DNA of 64,000 nucleotides from a virus (lineage: Duplodnaviria > Heunggongvirae > Uroviricota > Caudoviricetes), in the IMG/VR virus record IMGVR_UViG_2851938318_000001, one strand, 5' to 3'. A model generated the notes under the pieces. The model was given only the letters and a program-made list of their open reading frames with translations. It was not told the DNA's origin and ran no database searches. Of this stretch, positions 32,466 to 42,627 are shown piece by piece. The translations under genes and the position numbers were made by a program. Position 1 is the stretch's first letter. Every line of letters begins with the position of its first letter.

Positions 32466-32899
32466 TACTCACCGCCTTGTGCTTTCAGGATGCCTTCAAT
32501 CATCTCGACAATTCCTTTCGCTTTAACACCAACCTGATTACCAATAACTCGTAGACCGGCAATACCTTCGTTGTCTGCAATGGACTCCAGCTCTTCTCGT
32601 GTGAAAGTCTGGATCTGTTTGGCCGGTTCATCTGGTGTCCCACGTTTCATTGGCACAATGTCAGGCGCTACTGGCTCTGTAATCAGGTCTGCGGCCAATT
32701 CACCACGATCACTGTATGCGGCAGATGGGGAAACATTTTTTCCCTCTACTGTTGACGCTCGCATTGATGCACAAATTCTCTGCTGATCGATAAAAGGCAA
32801 CTCCGCTACGGATACCCCGTTCTCGAACTGAACGCCGCACAGCATTCCCGAATAACCGGAAAATTGCGGTTCTAATAAAACAATTTTTGCTGGTTTCAT
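32465..32899 (-). CDS. hypothetical head module protein
   Basis: 144-aa ORF, start overlapping the stop of the upstream gene. Confidence 0.35.
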   Translation of the reverse strand: MKPAKIVLLEPQFSGYSGMLCGVQFENGVSVAELPFIDQQRICASMRASTVEGKNVSPSAAYSDRGELAADLITEPVAPDIVPMKRGTPDEPAKQIQTFTREELESIADNEGIAGLRVIGNQVGVKAKGIVEMIEGILKAQGGE

Positions 32900-32943
32900 A
32901 ACGCTTTCTCTCCACTTGGGCGGCTTTCGCCGCCCAATATCGG

Positions 32944-33864
32944 TTATTCCTGTGCGGCAGTGACCTCTACGGTCGCTGTCGCTTTGTGGCTACCATCTTG
33001 TGTAGTAACCTCGATTGTGGCAGTGCCAGCCGCAACACCAGTTACAACACCGGTTTCGCTGTCCACCGTTGCAAACTCGGTATTTTTGGATTCCCAAGTA
33101 ACGGTTTTATTTGTGGCTCCTACCGGCTCGACATTTGCGGTCAGCTGAACAGTTTTGTTTGCCTCAACGGTTGTGCTATTTGGGTCGATTTCGACACCAG
33201 TAACAGCCACAACAGGCGCAGTTACTTCCACCGTTGCAGTTGCCTTTTTGCTGCCATCTTGGGAAACGATCTCAATCGTCGCAGTGCCAACTTCTACACC
33301 AGTTACGTTCCCGCTCTGGTCTACCGTTGCCTTATCTTCATTTTTGGAAGACCAGGTAACAGCCTTATTCGTCGCATTTGACGGCTGAACATTCGCTTTC
33401 AGACTGACTGATTTTCCTTTCTCAACAGAGGTTGAGTCTGGCGTTACCGTTACGGATTGAACGGCTACCGGATTTACGGTGACTTCCACTGAAGCGGAAA
33501 GCTGGGTTTCCTGATCAGTTGCAGTAATTTTTACTTTGCCTGGGGCTACGCCAGTTACTAATCCAGTGCCGTTAACGGTTGCAATTTGATCATTGGCTGA
33601 CTTCCAGGTGAATGAACTGGCACTCTTACCCATAGTAATACCTGCACTAAGTTGAACAGTTTTCCCAACCAAAACTGACGGTGAAGCCGGGGTTATGTTT
33701 ACGGATTGGGAGAAGGGAACCGCCTGCAAACAAGCAGATAGCTGACTTTGTTGTCGCTCGGTTAAAGGTTCATCGGAGATAGAATTGGTAAATCCGGCAC
33801 GGCACATATGCCCCGTAAAATCCGAAAATGCCTCTTCCGTAATCTTCATCTTTTGTTCTGGCAT
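32944..33864 (-). CDS. Ig-like (Big_2-type) repeat protein, probable capsid decoration
   Basis: 306 aa; three to four tandem ~80-aa Ig-like repeats (e.g. VTVTPDSTSVEKGKSVSLKANVQPSNATNKAVTWSS); immediately downstream of the capsid gene. Confidence 0.6.
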   Translation of the reverse strand: MPEQKMKITEEAFSDFTGHMCRAGFTNSISDEPLTERQQSQLSACLQAVPFSQSVNITPASPSVLVGKTVQLSAGITMGKSASSFTWKSANDQIATVNGTGLVTGVAPGKVKITATDQETQLSASVEVTVNPVAVQSVTVTPDSTSVEKGKSVSLKANVQPSNATNKAVTWSSKNEDKATVDQSGNVTGVEVGTATIEIVSQDGSKKATATVEVTAPVVAVTGVEIDPNSTTVEANKTVQLTANVEPVGATNKTVTWESKNTEFATVDSETGVVTGVAAGTATIEVTTQDGSHKATATVEVTAAQE

Positions 33865-33937
33865 TTCTCGCTCCTACAAAAAGGGTGGGCGTATAGCCCA
33901 CCCTTTAACATAGATAATTACTTATCTACTGCACTGA

Positions 33938-34813
33938 TTAAATTTTTACATTGGTCAGTGCAGCGATAGCCTTATCGTGCTTATTCGCCAGAGAGCAGTA
34001 CCACTTCACACGGGTACGTACTGCGTCTTTGTTCTGTACAGTACCAATGTTTTCAACAACGATACCTGCGTTGTCGCCGCCATACAGACCAGTAACGCCG
34101 TTCTCTTCTGACAGATGCAGGCAGTAGATGCTTGCTTTGCCAGAATCGGTCGGGATGAAGTCGTTGATGATGAACGGAACGCCGTTGTGACACAGCATCG
34201 GACGACCGAAGTTCTCCATCATGATTTCAGACGGACCTACGTTTACTGTACGCAGCAGCGCACGGTAAGCACGCAGGTGCTCTGAACGCATCATGATGCA
34301 GTCAGCACCAAGATCTTTCACCGCATCGACCAGTTCGTCGAACATGGAGAAAGTCATAGATGCACCTGCGATGTCGATCTTCTGATCTTCATGCATCAGG
34401 CGTGGAATACCGTCGAACGCTTTGTTGTTGGAGCTGGAGTCACCCAAAATCAGGTTGCGGCGGAACGCACGAGCCAGACCTTTAACTTTCTGACGAACCT
34501 GAATAGCCAACTGGTTATTGGTGTCGGCCATAGTGGTTGCCAGGAATTTATCAACGTCTACGTCACCAGCCAGAATACGCAGTTTCGCAACGCATTCTTC
34601 GAAGGTTGCTGCACCTTCAGGGATGGTGTCGTTAACGTCGATGAAGGTAGCTTCACTCAGCGTTTTTTCACGGTTGTACAGATATGCCTTTGAATTAATT
34701 TTCATAAAAGGCAAGATGGCAAACAGGTCATCGCGATCGATGATAGTTTCGATCACACCCTGTTCAAGTTCGTTGTTAGACAGCTTTTCAGCTTCTTCAC
34801 GCAGTAATGGCAT
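33938..34813 (-). CDS. major capsid protein
   Basis: 291 aa; position directly after the scaffold gene. Confidence 0.6.
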   Translation of the reverse strand: MPLLREEAEKLSNNELEQGVIETIIDRDDLFAILPFMKINSKAYLYNREKTLSEATFIDVNDTIPEGAATFEECVAKLRILAGDVDVDKFLATTMADTNNQLAIQVRQKVKGLARAFRRNLILGDSSSNNKAFDGIPRLMHEDQKIDIAGASMTFSMFDELVDAVKDLGADCIMMRSEHLRAYRALLRTVNVGPSEIMMENFGRPMLCHNGVPFIINDFIPTDSGKASIYCLHLSEENGVTGLYGGDNAGIVVENIGTVQNKDAVRTRVKWYCSLANKHDKAIAALTNVKI

Positions 34814-34838
34814 CTATCAATTCCCTTTGATTTAGATG

Positions 34839-35726
34839 TTACTTAAGTCCAATTTTCCCCAGACCGGAGGCCAACTTATCCATAGTCGACTTGTTCTTCG
34901 GTTGGGATATTGTGTAGGTCGATTTGGAATGTGAGCCTACACCCTGCTTGGCTTCGCTACGCATCAATGCGTCAGCTTCCGGATCTGCCCGCACAATGCG
35001 TTCAATCGCGGATTCAAACGGCAACGGCTTACCTTCACCGTCAACCAGAACAGCTCGTTCTTTATGACCTGCCGGTTTGTCATAACCCACTACGCTACCG
35101 TCTTCACCCACTTCAAAATGAGAACCGTAGATCACGCGGGCTTTTGCCGGAGTCATCAGAACTTTGTCACGTAGGAAGAGAGAGTTACTGAAGGAAGCGC
35201 CCACGGTCATCTCGACTAATTGAGATTTCAGTGATGCGTTTTCACTTTCCAGTGCTGCATAACGTTCGTCACGCTGTGCCAGCTCTGCCTGGTGTGCTTC
35301 GATCATCTGTTTTTTAACAGCATCGAACTCACCACGACGCTCCAGTTCAGCTTGCTCCGCCTCACGACGTGCATTTTCTGCGGCCTGTTCAGCTTCTAAA
35401 AGCTGGCGAGCACGCGCCGGGTCGATATCACCGTACTGAGCAAGCTGATCGGCCAATGTGCGCTCTTTCTCTTTGCGCTTCATGTTCTCTTTCAGCAGTT
35501 CAGCACCAGCTTTCTTGGTTTTACGAAGTTCGGCCAGTAACTCTTCATGAGTCATGCCAGCGTATTCGTCATCACCCTTCGGCTGCTCTTTTTGTTCACC
35601 CTGTTTGTCAGGATTTTGTGTACTCTGCTCATTATCAGCAGCTACACCGCCAGCGCCTCCACGCTCATGCGCTTCAGCAACATTCATCAGACCACGACGG
35701 GCCAAAAGCATTTGCCACAGTTTCAT
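34839..35726 (-). CDS. scaffolding protein
   Basis: 295 aa; Glu/Ala/Arg/Gln-rich predicted coiled coil; between portal and capsid genes. Confidence 0.6.
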   Translation of the reverse strand: MKLWQMLLARRGLMNVAEAHERGGAGGVAADNEQSTQNPDKQGEQKEQPKGDDEYAGMTHEELLAELRKTKKAGAELLKENMKRKEKERTLADQLAQYGDIDPARARQLLEAEQAAENARREAEQAELERRGEFDAVKKQMIEAHQAELAQRDERYAALESENASLKSQLVEMTVGASFSNSLFLRDKVLMTPAKARVIYGSHFEVGEDGSVVGYDKPAGHKERAVLVDGEGKPLPFESAIERIVRADPEADALMRSEAKQGVGSHSKSTYTISQPKNKSTMDKLASGLGKIGLK

Positions 35727-35747
35727 AAAAATTCCCTTTGTTACTTA

Positions 35748-37322
35748 TCACTCGTTCTCTTGAGTAGATGAGTCCCCATTCCCTCGGGGTTGATCTTGCC
35801 CGCTTTCTTGGGCCGCGCCTTGATCATAAGTAAGTACTGACTTATTTTCAAGGGTATTTAGATCATTTTTTGGCGGAAAATTCAAGAGATCTTTATCAAA
35901 TTCCTTCTTCATCGCCTCAGTGATGTTCGGGAAAATCTTCTCAATAAGCATTTCCATCTGGTGACGACGTACAGAGTCCGGTGCCTGGAGTAATGACAGT
36001 TTCTCGGCAACAGAAAATTCATCAGTAAGGCCACGAATATCAAAACTTTCTGGATACGCAATTAAAGAGTGGTCTTCGTCCAGATCTACCCCCATCCATT
36101 TCGCAACCAGTAGCATGATTTGGCGTTCAGCCCTTTCCAGACGCTCTGCTTTTGTGACAAGCAAGCTATTTACACGCTGGAAGTCATACATTTTTGCGGC
36201 ACCAGATGAGTTATCGATTCCCTGTGCGTTGTCCTGCTTCGTTCGCTCACCAGCTACACCAACTGAATGGTAGATTTCGTTAATCACCGTCTTAATCGTA
36301 GTGATGATCATCTGAGCTTGTTTCGGGTCTGGTGACAGATAAAACGGCTGGTTTCCACCTTCAGAATCGTAGGTGAAGACTCGCTTTGTGCCCATTTCAA
36401 GCACTTTAGTGTGGTTTTCATCACCAGGTAAAAGCGACTGTACCGGTATAGCCAACTGGCTAAATGTCTGATCCTGAATAATGGCATCAAGGTTTGACAG
36501 ATAGTTTGCAACCGCACGATCAAGATAAGCGATATCATCGATCAACGATGGGCTGAAATACGGTGATTCGCTTTCTCCAATACAATCAACAGGAAACACA
36601 GGAACTACGCCGAGATTATGCGCACCGCTATCCTCTAAAATAACTTTTGCCTGACGGCGACCTGCTCCACCAGCGCCCTTCTTCACTTCCTCACGGAACA
36701 GATACCACTCGTTTTGTGTCCACAGACGATAACGTTGGTATTCCTGACCTGTAGAAGTAAAAGGATCTGCGTCATCACGAGCGACTTCCACAATTAACGC
36801 CCACAACATATTCCCGTCGTCGTCCCATGCCACATCCAGCATTTGCTGAGGTGAAATCCAGTAGGCGTAGGCGCGAGCATCTTTCTTTTTCTCGTCAGCT
36901 ACTGACTCAACATCACCACTCATCGTGCTATCGACAACAACCCATATGCGACCGTAAATAGACGACTGCAAATCAATAGCGGCCATAAATGAGTCAATAG
37001 AGGCATTCTGGCGGGTCGCACGTTTCCAGAAATTGCGGATCTGCTCTGGTGCCTCTTCGATATTTCTATGAATGTCTTCTTTAAAGAGATATTTGTTGAT
37101 GAGGTTTACCACCTCACGAGTGTGGTTGAAGCGATAAGCACGCTCAACTCGCTCCTTAAACTCCTGATCTCCCTCTTTAAAGTAACGAAAGATATTGTCT
37201 GTAAACCAACCACGCCCGCCAGCGTAAGTGCTGGCGAGGAAGTCCCAATGTTCTTTTTTCTTTTCGTATTCCGGGTGGCGTCGCGCCACCAGATCCTTAA
37301 TTTGTTTGTCGTTCAATTCCAT
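35748..37322 (-). CDS. portal protein
   Basis: 524 aa; position immediately downstream of the terminase large subunit. Confidence 0.65.
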   Translation of the reverse strand: MELNDKQIKDLVARRHPEYEKKKEHWDFLASTYAGGRGWFTDNIFRYFKEGDQEFKERVERAYRFNHTREVVNLINKYLFKEDIHRNIEEAPEQIRNFWKRATRQNASIDSFMAAIDLQSSIYGRIWVVVDSTMSGDVESVADEKKKDARAYAYWISPQQMLDVAWDDDGNMLWALIVEVARDDADPFTSTGQEYQRYRLWTQNEWYLFREEVKKGAGGAGRRQAKVILEDSGAHNLGVVPVFPVDCIGESESPYFSPSLIDDIAYLDRAVANYLSNLDAIIQDQTFSQLAIPVQSLLPGDENHTKVLEMGTKRVFTYDSEGGNQPFYLSPDPKQAQMIITTIKTVINEIYHSVGVAGERTKQDNAQGIDNSSGAAKMYDFQRVNSLLVTKAERLERAERQIMLLVAKWMGVDLDEDHSLIAYPESFDIRGLTDEFSVAEKLSLLQAPDSVRRHQMEMLIEKIFPNITEAMKKEFDKDLLNFPPKNDLNTLENKSVLTYDQGAAQESGQDQPRGNGDSSTQENE

Positions 37323-37348
37323 TTGAATAACCTTAGATAATTACTTAC

Positions 37349-38605
37349 CTATCGAGAACCACCAAGAATAACACGGTTTTTGACTGGATACCTACGATGT
37401 ACTGGATAGCCCAATGCGTCTGCACTATGCTCAATGCCACCTGTCTTATCCATATCTCGTGTTCCAGGCTTGTAGATGACCTTTTCCAGTGAATCAATCA
37501 AATGCTTGCACTTCGGATCGATATACAGCCGGATATCTCCAGATGCGGTCATCAGCATTCGGTTAACAGCATTAACACGATCCGCAATTGGCGGGTGCTT
37601 TTTCGAATAATCGACACGTAAGAATCCCTTCTCTTTGAATATGTCTACGTCAGACTCCCCGCGAGCATGTTGGCGATAAGCACCTGCCGGATCTGGAAAT
37701 ACCGTTATCTGTGATTTCCAGCGCCAGAAGCGCCTCTCAAGCTCATCACAAACCTCTGCCGTGTTAGAGGAAAAGAGCACCAATTCATCAATTGCCCATA
37801 GCTCACCATTTGGCTGAGGTTGCAAAATTACGGAAGACATCGGGTCAATGTTGAAGTCCTGTCCTACCCATATAGGCAACCGAGGGTTGAACTGAAGCGG
37901 TTTAACATGCACGTTTCGATCGAACGGGTAGTAAACGCGCCCGGACATATTTTCAAAGCTGGCCAGGTACTCCTGAGCGAACGATTTAGGGTCCATATCG
38001 TTCTTAGCAGCTTCAATTTCCGCCGTAGGCACAAACGGCGAATCAGCAGTTACAAACTGCCAGCTCTTCCACTGTCCCTTTCTTTGCAGCTCTACGTTCT
38101 GGCCTATAGTCCACAGTTTGTGAAATTCCGAGAAGCCTTTTGGCGTACCAATAATCAGTGCACCGCCGCGTGTCGATGAAAGAGTAGGTCGTAACACCTT
38201 GTACCAGGTGTCAGCCTTCATATCCTGAAATTCATCAAGCACTACAAAATGCAACGCTACGCCGCGCAGAGTGTCAGGTTTATCAGCTCCTTTGAGGGCG
38301 ATCTCCGAACCGTTCTTCAACACGATTGTCATCGTGGTGTCGTTCTTTTTCCTAACCCACTTACGGGGCAGAACTTCCTGTAGATCGTCCCACAAAATCT
38401 GGCGAGCCATCTGGTAAGTAGGAGCGACATACCAGACCCTTTGCTTTTTTTCCTTTGCCGCCGCACGAATAATAGTGGAGATCGACAACCGGGATTTTCC
38501 CCAGCGTCGACCAGCACAAACAACTTTAAATCGATGCGGAGACTGGAAGACTTTCATCTGTCCAGAATGCAGTTGCACAAGACTGAGCGAGGACGGGATT
38601 GCCAT
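37349..38605 (-). CDS. terminase large subunit
   Basis: 418 aa; Walker A-like GRRWGKS, Walker B-like FVVLDEFQD; start overlaps the small-subunit stop. Confidence 0.8.
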   Translation of the reverse strand: MAIPSSLSLVQLHSGQMKVFQSPHRFKVVCAGRRWGKSRLSISTIIRAAAKEKKQRVWYVAPTYQMARQILWDDLQEVLPRKWVRKKNDTTMTIVLKNGSEIALKGADKPDTLRGVALHFVVLDEFQDMKADTWYKVLRPTLSSTRGGALIIGTPKGFSEFHKLWTIGQNVELQRKGQWKSWQFVTADSPFVPTAEIEAAKNDMDPKSFAQEYLASFENMSGRVYYPFDRNVHVKPLQFNPRLPIWVGQDFNIDPMSSVILQPQPNGELWAIDELVLFSSNTAEVCDELERRFWRWKSQITVFPDPAGAYRQHARGESDVDIFKEKGFLRVDYSKKHPPIADRVNAVNRMLMTASGDIRLYIDPKCKHLIDSLEKVIYKPGTRDMDKTGGIEHSADALGYPVHRRYPVKNRVILGGSR

Positions 38606-39237
38606 TATTCGTCCTCCCCTTCACTTCCATCATCTGTCGCATCAAATTCGCTTAGAGCTTCTTCTTCCAACGTCTCAAGCAATTCGTCATCGATGATTTC
38701 AGGCTCGTCGTCTTCCTGACGTAATTTCGCCACCTGGGAAGGCGTAAGCTCACCAAATACCAGGTTCGGAATTTCTTCCTCGTCATTTTCCGCATGATCC
38801 ATGCCCAATGCTTTGGACGAAACTTCAAAGCATTTTGCAAGGGTATTACTGGCTCTCTGTAAGCTCTTGAGAGAACCCTCAATCGCCCCTAAAGGCTTAC
38901 CCTCACGTTTGGCCGTAGTGACTTCGACCATCACCATCTGCCCCAACGCATACGCCCAGCCGTCATAACGTGTACGACGTTCTTCTATCTTTTCCGCACG
39001 GGCTTTAGCGCGAAGCTCTGCGTCAGATTTAAGAGACTCACGAACCATCTTCCCAACAGAGTCCGCGCCTTTCTCTAATCCTCGCTTTTTGAAATGTCTG
39101 GAGAGTGTTTCACGACGAATGCCGTACTCTTCCTCCAGCTTTGAGAGTGTATATTCGCCTGACGTCCATTTGGCTTCAGCTTCGGCCCACTCCGCTGGTG
39201 TCAGGCGAGTTTTTACCTCGTCTTTTTCGACAGTCAT
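38605..39237 (-). CDS. terminase small subunit (putative)
   Basis: 210 aa; N-terminal helix-turn-helix-like region and highly acidic C-terminus. Confidence 0.5.
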   Translation of the reverse strand: MTVEKDEVKTRLTPAEWAEAEAKWTSGEYTLSKLEEEYGIRRETLSRHFKKRGLEKGADSVGKMVRESLKSDAELRAKARAEKIEERRTRYDGWAYALGQMVMVEVTTAKREGKPLGAIEGSLKSLQRASNTLAKCFEVSSKALGMDHAENDEEEIPNLVFGELTPSQVAKLRQEDDEPEIIDDELLETLEEEALSEFDATDDGSEGEDE

Positions 39238-39354
39238 AGATCCCTCTAAAACACACAGAGCGCGTCCATGCGCTCTAAAACAACTTGTTTACTGCATCTG
39301 CTAACCAACTTGTTTTCTGGTGTGTCTAATTAGGTCTGGGCATGTCTTACTAAG

Positions 39355-39411
39355 CCTGCTTCTGTATATATATTTAATAAGTTACTTATTATTTATATAT
39401 ACAGAAGCAGG
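39355..39411. repeat. 57-bp palindrome, copy 2 of 2
   Basis: cctgcttctgtatatatatttaataagttacttattatttatatatacagaagcagg; nearly identical to 5445..5499. Confidence 0.8.
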
Positions 39412-39435
39412 TCTTTAAATAACGTCCCAGACCGA

Positions 39436-39702
39436 TTACATCACCAGTAACTTCGCTTTGGCTCGACCTAAAGTGGTTAACCCAAGAGTCCGGCGGTGAT
39501 AGCGATTGTCACTGCGTTGGCGCGTATGCCCTTTCTCCACCAGCCCCTTTTTTATCAGAGCGCGAATTGAGAACTGGATACTTTGCTTTGTTGTCTTGTA
39601 CGGCAAAACTTCAAGCAATTCGTCCAGATCAAGTAGATGACCTCGCTCATAACCGAGATTGAGCGTTTTGATGATGTCCTTTTGTTTGTCGGTTAACGTC
39701 AT
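39436..39702 (-). CDS. small winged-helix DNA-binding protein
   Basis: 88 aa, basic; last gene of the ParB/ATPase operon. Confidence 0.4.
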   Translation of the reverse strand: MTLTDKQKDIIKTLNLGYERGHLLDLDELLEVLPYKTTKQSIQFSIRALIKKGLVEKGHTRQRSDNRYHRRTLGLTTLGRAKAKLLVM

Positions 39703-39711
39703 GGCAAATCC

Positions 39712-40602
39712 TTATGCCGGTAAAGCAATTTCTAACGGTTTATCCAAAGGTTGTTTGTCGAATGCCAGCAGTGGCAGCGTGTCAGGCAGTCGACGACCAA
39801 AGTCAGGGTTTCGATACACACCATACAACGGAGACGTAAAGCTCAGGTTGTGAATGTCCTTGAGCAGCTTCACAATGCTGGCCTCGTCCACCAGACTGTC
39901 GGCAATGTCCTGAATCGTCGTGCCACGATTCCGCCCAGCTTTTGCCAGGGAACTGTTCTTGTGGTAGTCCGCCACCAGATCACGCAGTGCACGGCGACGA
40001 CGTGACTCGCTCATTGCGAACAACTCTTTGACGATCGCCTCGTTATCACCCGGGTCGGAGCGGAAATGGCGCTGGAACACACGCAGTGCACTTTCATAGC
40101 TCTTCGGTCGCTCAGGGCGGATGAACTTGAACCCTGCTTTCATGGCGAAGGGATTGTATTTGCTCATCGAGGATTGGATCTCAATGATTGGCCGGTCATG
40201 CATCCTGCTAACCAGGTTAATCATTCGATAAGAGACGCCTACGCCACGGTACTGAGTATCCACAACTGAGCGGCTGATCACCGCAAAGTTGTTATTCACG
40301 TACCGGCCCCAGTACTGGTTAGCCACGGTGGTATTGGTGGTTGGTTTCAACTTAGGAAACATGCGATGGCGAGGTGCCAGCAGAAGTTTCGGGTAAGCCA
40401 TAACCACGACGCCCACCAGACGGTCATCCAGTTCGCAGCGATAGTATGTTGGCGCGAAAGGTTTGCCGTCTGTTTTGTAGTGAAGCGACTTAAGAGCGTG
40501 CCAGTCCTCTACAGTTCCCTTTGTGACAGTCATTCGCTCCAGAAAGTCCAGATGACGCGGAAACTCTTCAGGGCGGTAGCGTTTAATGATGATGTCCGTC
40601 AT
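39712..40602 (-). CDS. GNAT-like protein (putative acyltransferase fold)
   Basis: 296 aa; motif ISRSVVDTQYRGVGVSYRMINL resembles the GNAT acyl-CoA loop; start overlaps the ATPase stop by 4 nt. Confidence 0.35.
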   Translation of the reverse strand: MTDIIIKRYRPEEFPRHLDFLERMTVTKGTVEDWHALKSLHYKTDGKPFAPTYYRCELDDRLVGVVVMAYPKLLLAPRHRMFPKLKPTTNTTVANQYWGRYVNNNFAVISRSVVDTQYRGVGVSYRMINLVSRMHDRPIIEIQSSMSKYNPFAMKAGFKFIRPERPKSYESALRVFQRHFRSDPGDNEAIVKELFAMSESRRRRALRDLVADYHKNSSLAKAGRNRGTTIQDIADSLVDEASIVKLLKDIHNLSFTSPLYGVYRNPDFGRRLPDTLPLLAFDKQPLDKPLEIALPA

Positions 40603-41264
40603 GAATGGACCTCATCATAACTACCATTGTGATATTCCACCTTCACGCGTTCTTTGTAGTGCTTGGTGATCTGCATATCCGGGCGCAGCGCGTTCTTCAG
40701 GTCTTCGTGAGTCGTCGCCACCATTACCGTCGCACCAACCTTTCGAGCGGCACGCTGGAGGTTAGATGCCACAACCTGAGCGGTTACACGGTCTAGAACA
40801 GCACCGAACTCGTCAGCAGCCCACACTTTAGCGCCTGACTCAATCAGTTTGGCAATCTTGAGACGATATTTCTGACCGTCTGACATTTCAGAAGGCTTGC
40901 GAACAAACAGATATGCATCGTTCAGACCAGCCATAGATAACAACCCAAGCGCATCGCTGGTCGTTTTGCCCAACTGATCGATGACGTTAACCTCATTATC
41001 GAAGGTAAAATCATCGATGGAGGCTACAGACAGCCCTTCATCCTTCATCTGGCGTTGCAGCTCGCGCAACACAACGGATTTACCTGAACCGGATTGGCCG
41101 GTGATGTACACCACATCGCCCTGCTTCACTTCCAGCTCCAGATTGTCGTAAAGCGTCCACTCTTTTTCGTCCAGGCCAAGCCCGAACGACTCAGCGATTT
41201 CCAACGTGCGCGTGGTTTTATTTACGCGTGTCTGAAACGATACGTTGATGATGTATTTACTCAT
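40599..41264 (-). CDS. ABC-type P-loop ATPase (stand-alone)
   Basis: 221 aa; Walker A GQSGSGKS, signature-like MSDGQKYRL, Walker B VWAADEF, H-loop TTHE. Confidence 0.65.
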   Translation of the reverse strand: MSKYIINVSFQTRVNKTTRTLEIAESFGLGLDEKEWTLYDNLELEVKQGDVVYITGQSGSGKSVVLRELQRQMKDEGLSVASIDDFTFDNEVNVIDQLGKTTSDALGLLSMAGLNDAYLFVRKPSEMSDGQKYRLKIAKLIESGAKVWAADEFGAVLDRVTAQVVASNLQRAARKVGATVMVATTHEDLKNALRPDMQITKHYKERVKVEYHNGSYDEVHS

Positions 41265-41929
41265 GCAGCCATCTCCCCGGAAGAGATCTTCTCCGCATAT
41301 GCCACAAATGCGTCTACCCCGCTTTCTCCCGTCATTTCTTCCATATGGGCAAGCAAATCACCAACAACAATGGCAGAGCCAGCAGGGAGCGTTTTAAAGC
41401 CCAATACGTCGACAACACGTACTTCTTCCGCTGCAACTTCACGACTGATCTCGGTGTGTTCATCCTTCTGTCGTTTAGTTTCTTCGCCAAGATCGATAAC
41501 TAGCGAGTCGGTGTCCATTTCTTCTGTCATACTGCCAACGAGAACATTCAACTCACGCTCTTCAAAGCCGAAAACCTCGATATCGTCCAGAACAAGCGAC
41601 TCAAGCTCTTTCTGTAGCTTAATTGCATCGTAATCAATGCTGGCAAGTCGGTTATCTTCAAGGCGCTTCGCACGAACCTCGTCATCACTGAGATCATCGC
41701 GAACAATAACCGGTACGCGCTCAAGTCCAGCAAAAATTGCAGCCTCACGGCGGCCGTGGCCAGTAATAATTACGTCGTTCTTATCGACCGTAATTGGCTG
41801 GTCAAATCCGCGCTTTTTAATGGCTGCGGCCAGATCTCGGATCTGCTGTTCATCATGCTTTTTGGCATTCATCTCATAGGGAATAAGATCTGCCGGGTCG
41901 CGATATACGATTTCAAACTTTTTGGTCAT
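41261..41929 (-). CDS. ParB/Srx-domain protein 1
   Basis: ParB box-II-like ITGHGRREAAIFAG; start taken at Met 41929, sharing one nt with the upstream stop. Confidence 0.65.
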   Translation of the reverse strand: MTKKFEIVYRDPADLIPYEMNAKKHDEQQIRDLAAAIKKRGFDQPITVDKNDVIITGHGRREAAIFAGLERVPVIVRDDLSDDEVRAKRLEDNRLASIDYDAIKLQKELESLVLDDIEVFGFEERELNVLVGSMTEEMDTDSLVIDLGEETKRQKDEHTEISREVAAEEVRVVDVLGFKTLPAGSAIVVGDLLAHMEEMTGESGVDAFVAYAEKISSGEMAA

Positions 41930-42627
41930 TACATACGCTCCTTGTAGTAGTCGACCAGCCACACCAGAGCCTCACCAGCGTTCTCCATTTCATTACCGGT
42001 GTTAATAGCCTGCTCTTTGATGATGTTTTTTATGGTTTCTGCAACACGATCTGACGCATCGAAAGTTACTTTGAAGCGCATGGTCTGATGTTCCGCCCCC
42101 ACACGTTCGGTTTTCTCTCGTTTGTCGGTATCGACAGGCTCATCACTACCACGAGACAACGCCTCCAGTGCTTCAAGGTCGATTGCCGCCTCTTTTGCTA
42201 AAACCATCGAGATTTCGTCGTCATACGGGGCGATTTCAGACAGTTGATAGTCAAGTTCTGACTGAATTTCTTCAATGAAGCGTTGCAATGCGATTTGGTC
42301 GTCTTCACCGTATCGCTCGTTGTCCACCAGTGACATCTGTTTAGCTACGACATCGCTAATTTTGCCCACAGAAAGCACCGGAACCGTTGAAATTCCTTGC
42401 TCAATAGCAGCACGCCAGCGATGTTCGCCGCCGAGGATTTCAAAAAATCCATCTTCAAGTTCACGAGCCAAAATTGGCTTAAAAAAGCCCAATTTTTCGA
42501 TAGAACCTTTCAGTTTTTCAAAATTCTGCGCACCAACCGAATTGGTGTTCCAGGTATTCGGGCGAAGGTTGGCAACATCAACCTGCAAAATCGTGATTTT
42601 TACATCCATTTTATTGCTACAATCCAC
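41929..42627 (-). CDS. ParB/Srx-domain protein 2
   Basis: 232 aa; ParB box-II-like ILGGEHRWRAAIEQGI; first gene of the operon; phage palindromic motif at 42627..42648. Confidence 0.65.
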   Translation of the reverse strand: MDCSNKMDVKITILQVDVANLRPNTWNTNSVGAQNFEKLKGSIEKLGFFKPILARELEDGFFEILGGEHRWRAAIEQGISTVPVLSVGKISDVVAKQMSLVDNERYGEDDQIALQRFIEEIQSELDYQLSEIAPYDDEISMVLAKEAAIDLEALEALSRGSDEPVDTDKREKTERVGAEHQTMRFKVTFDASDRVAETIKNIIKEQAINTGNEMENAGEALVWLVDYYKERM

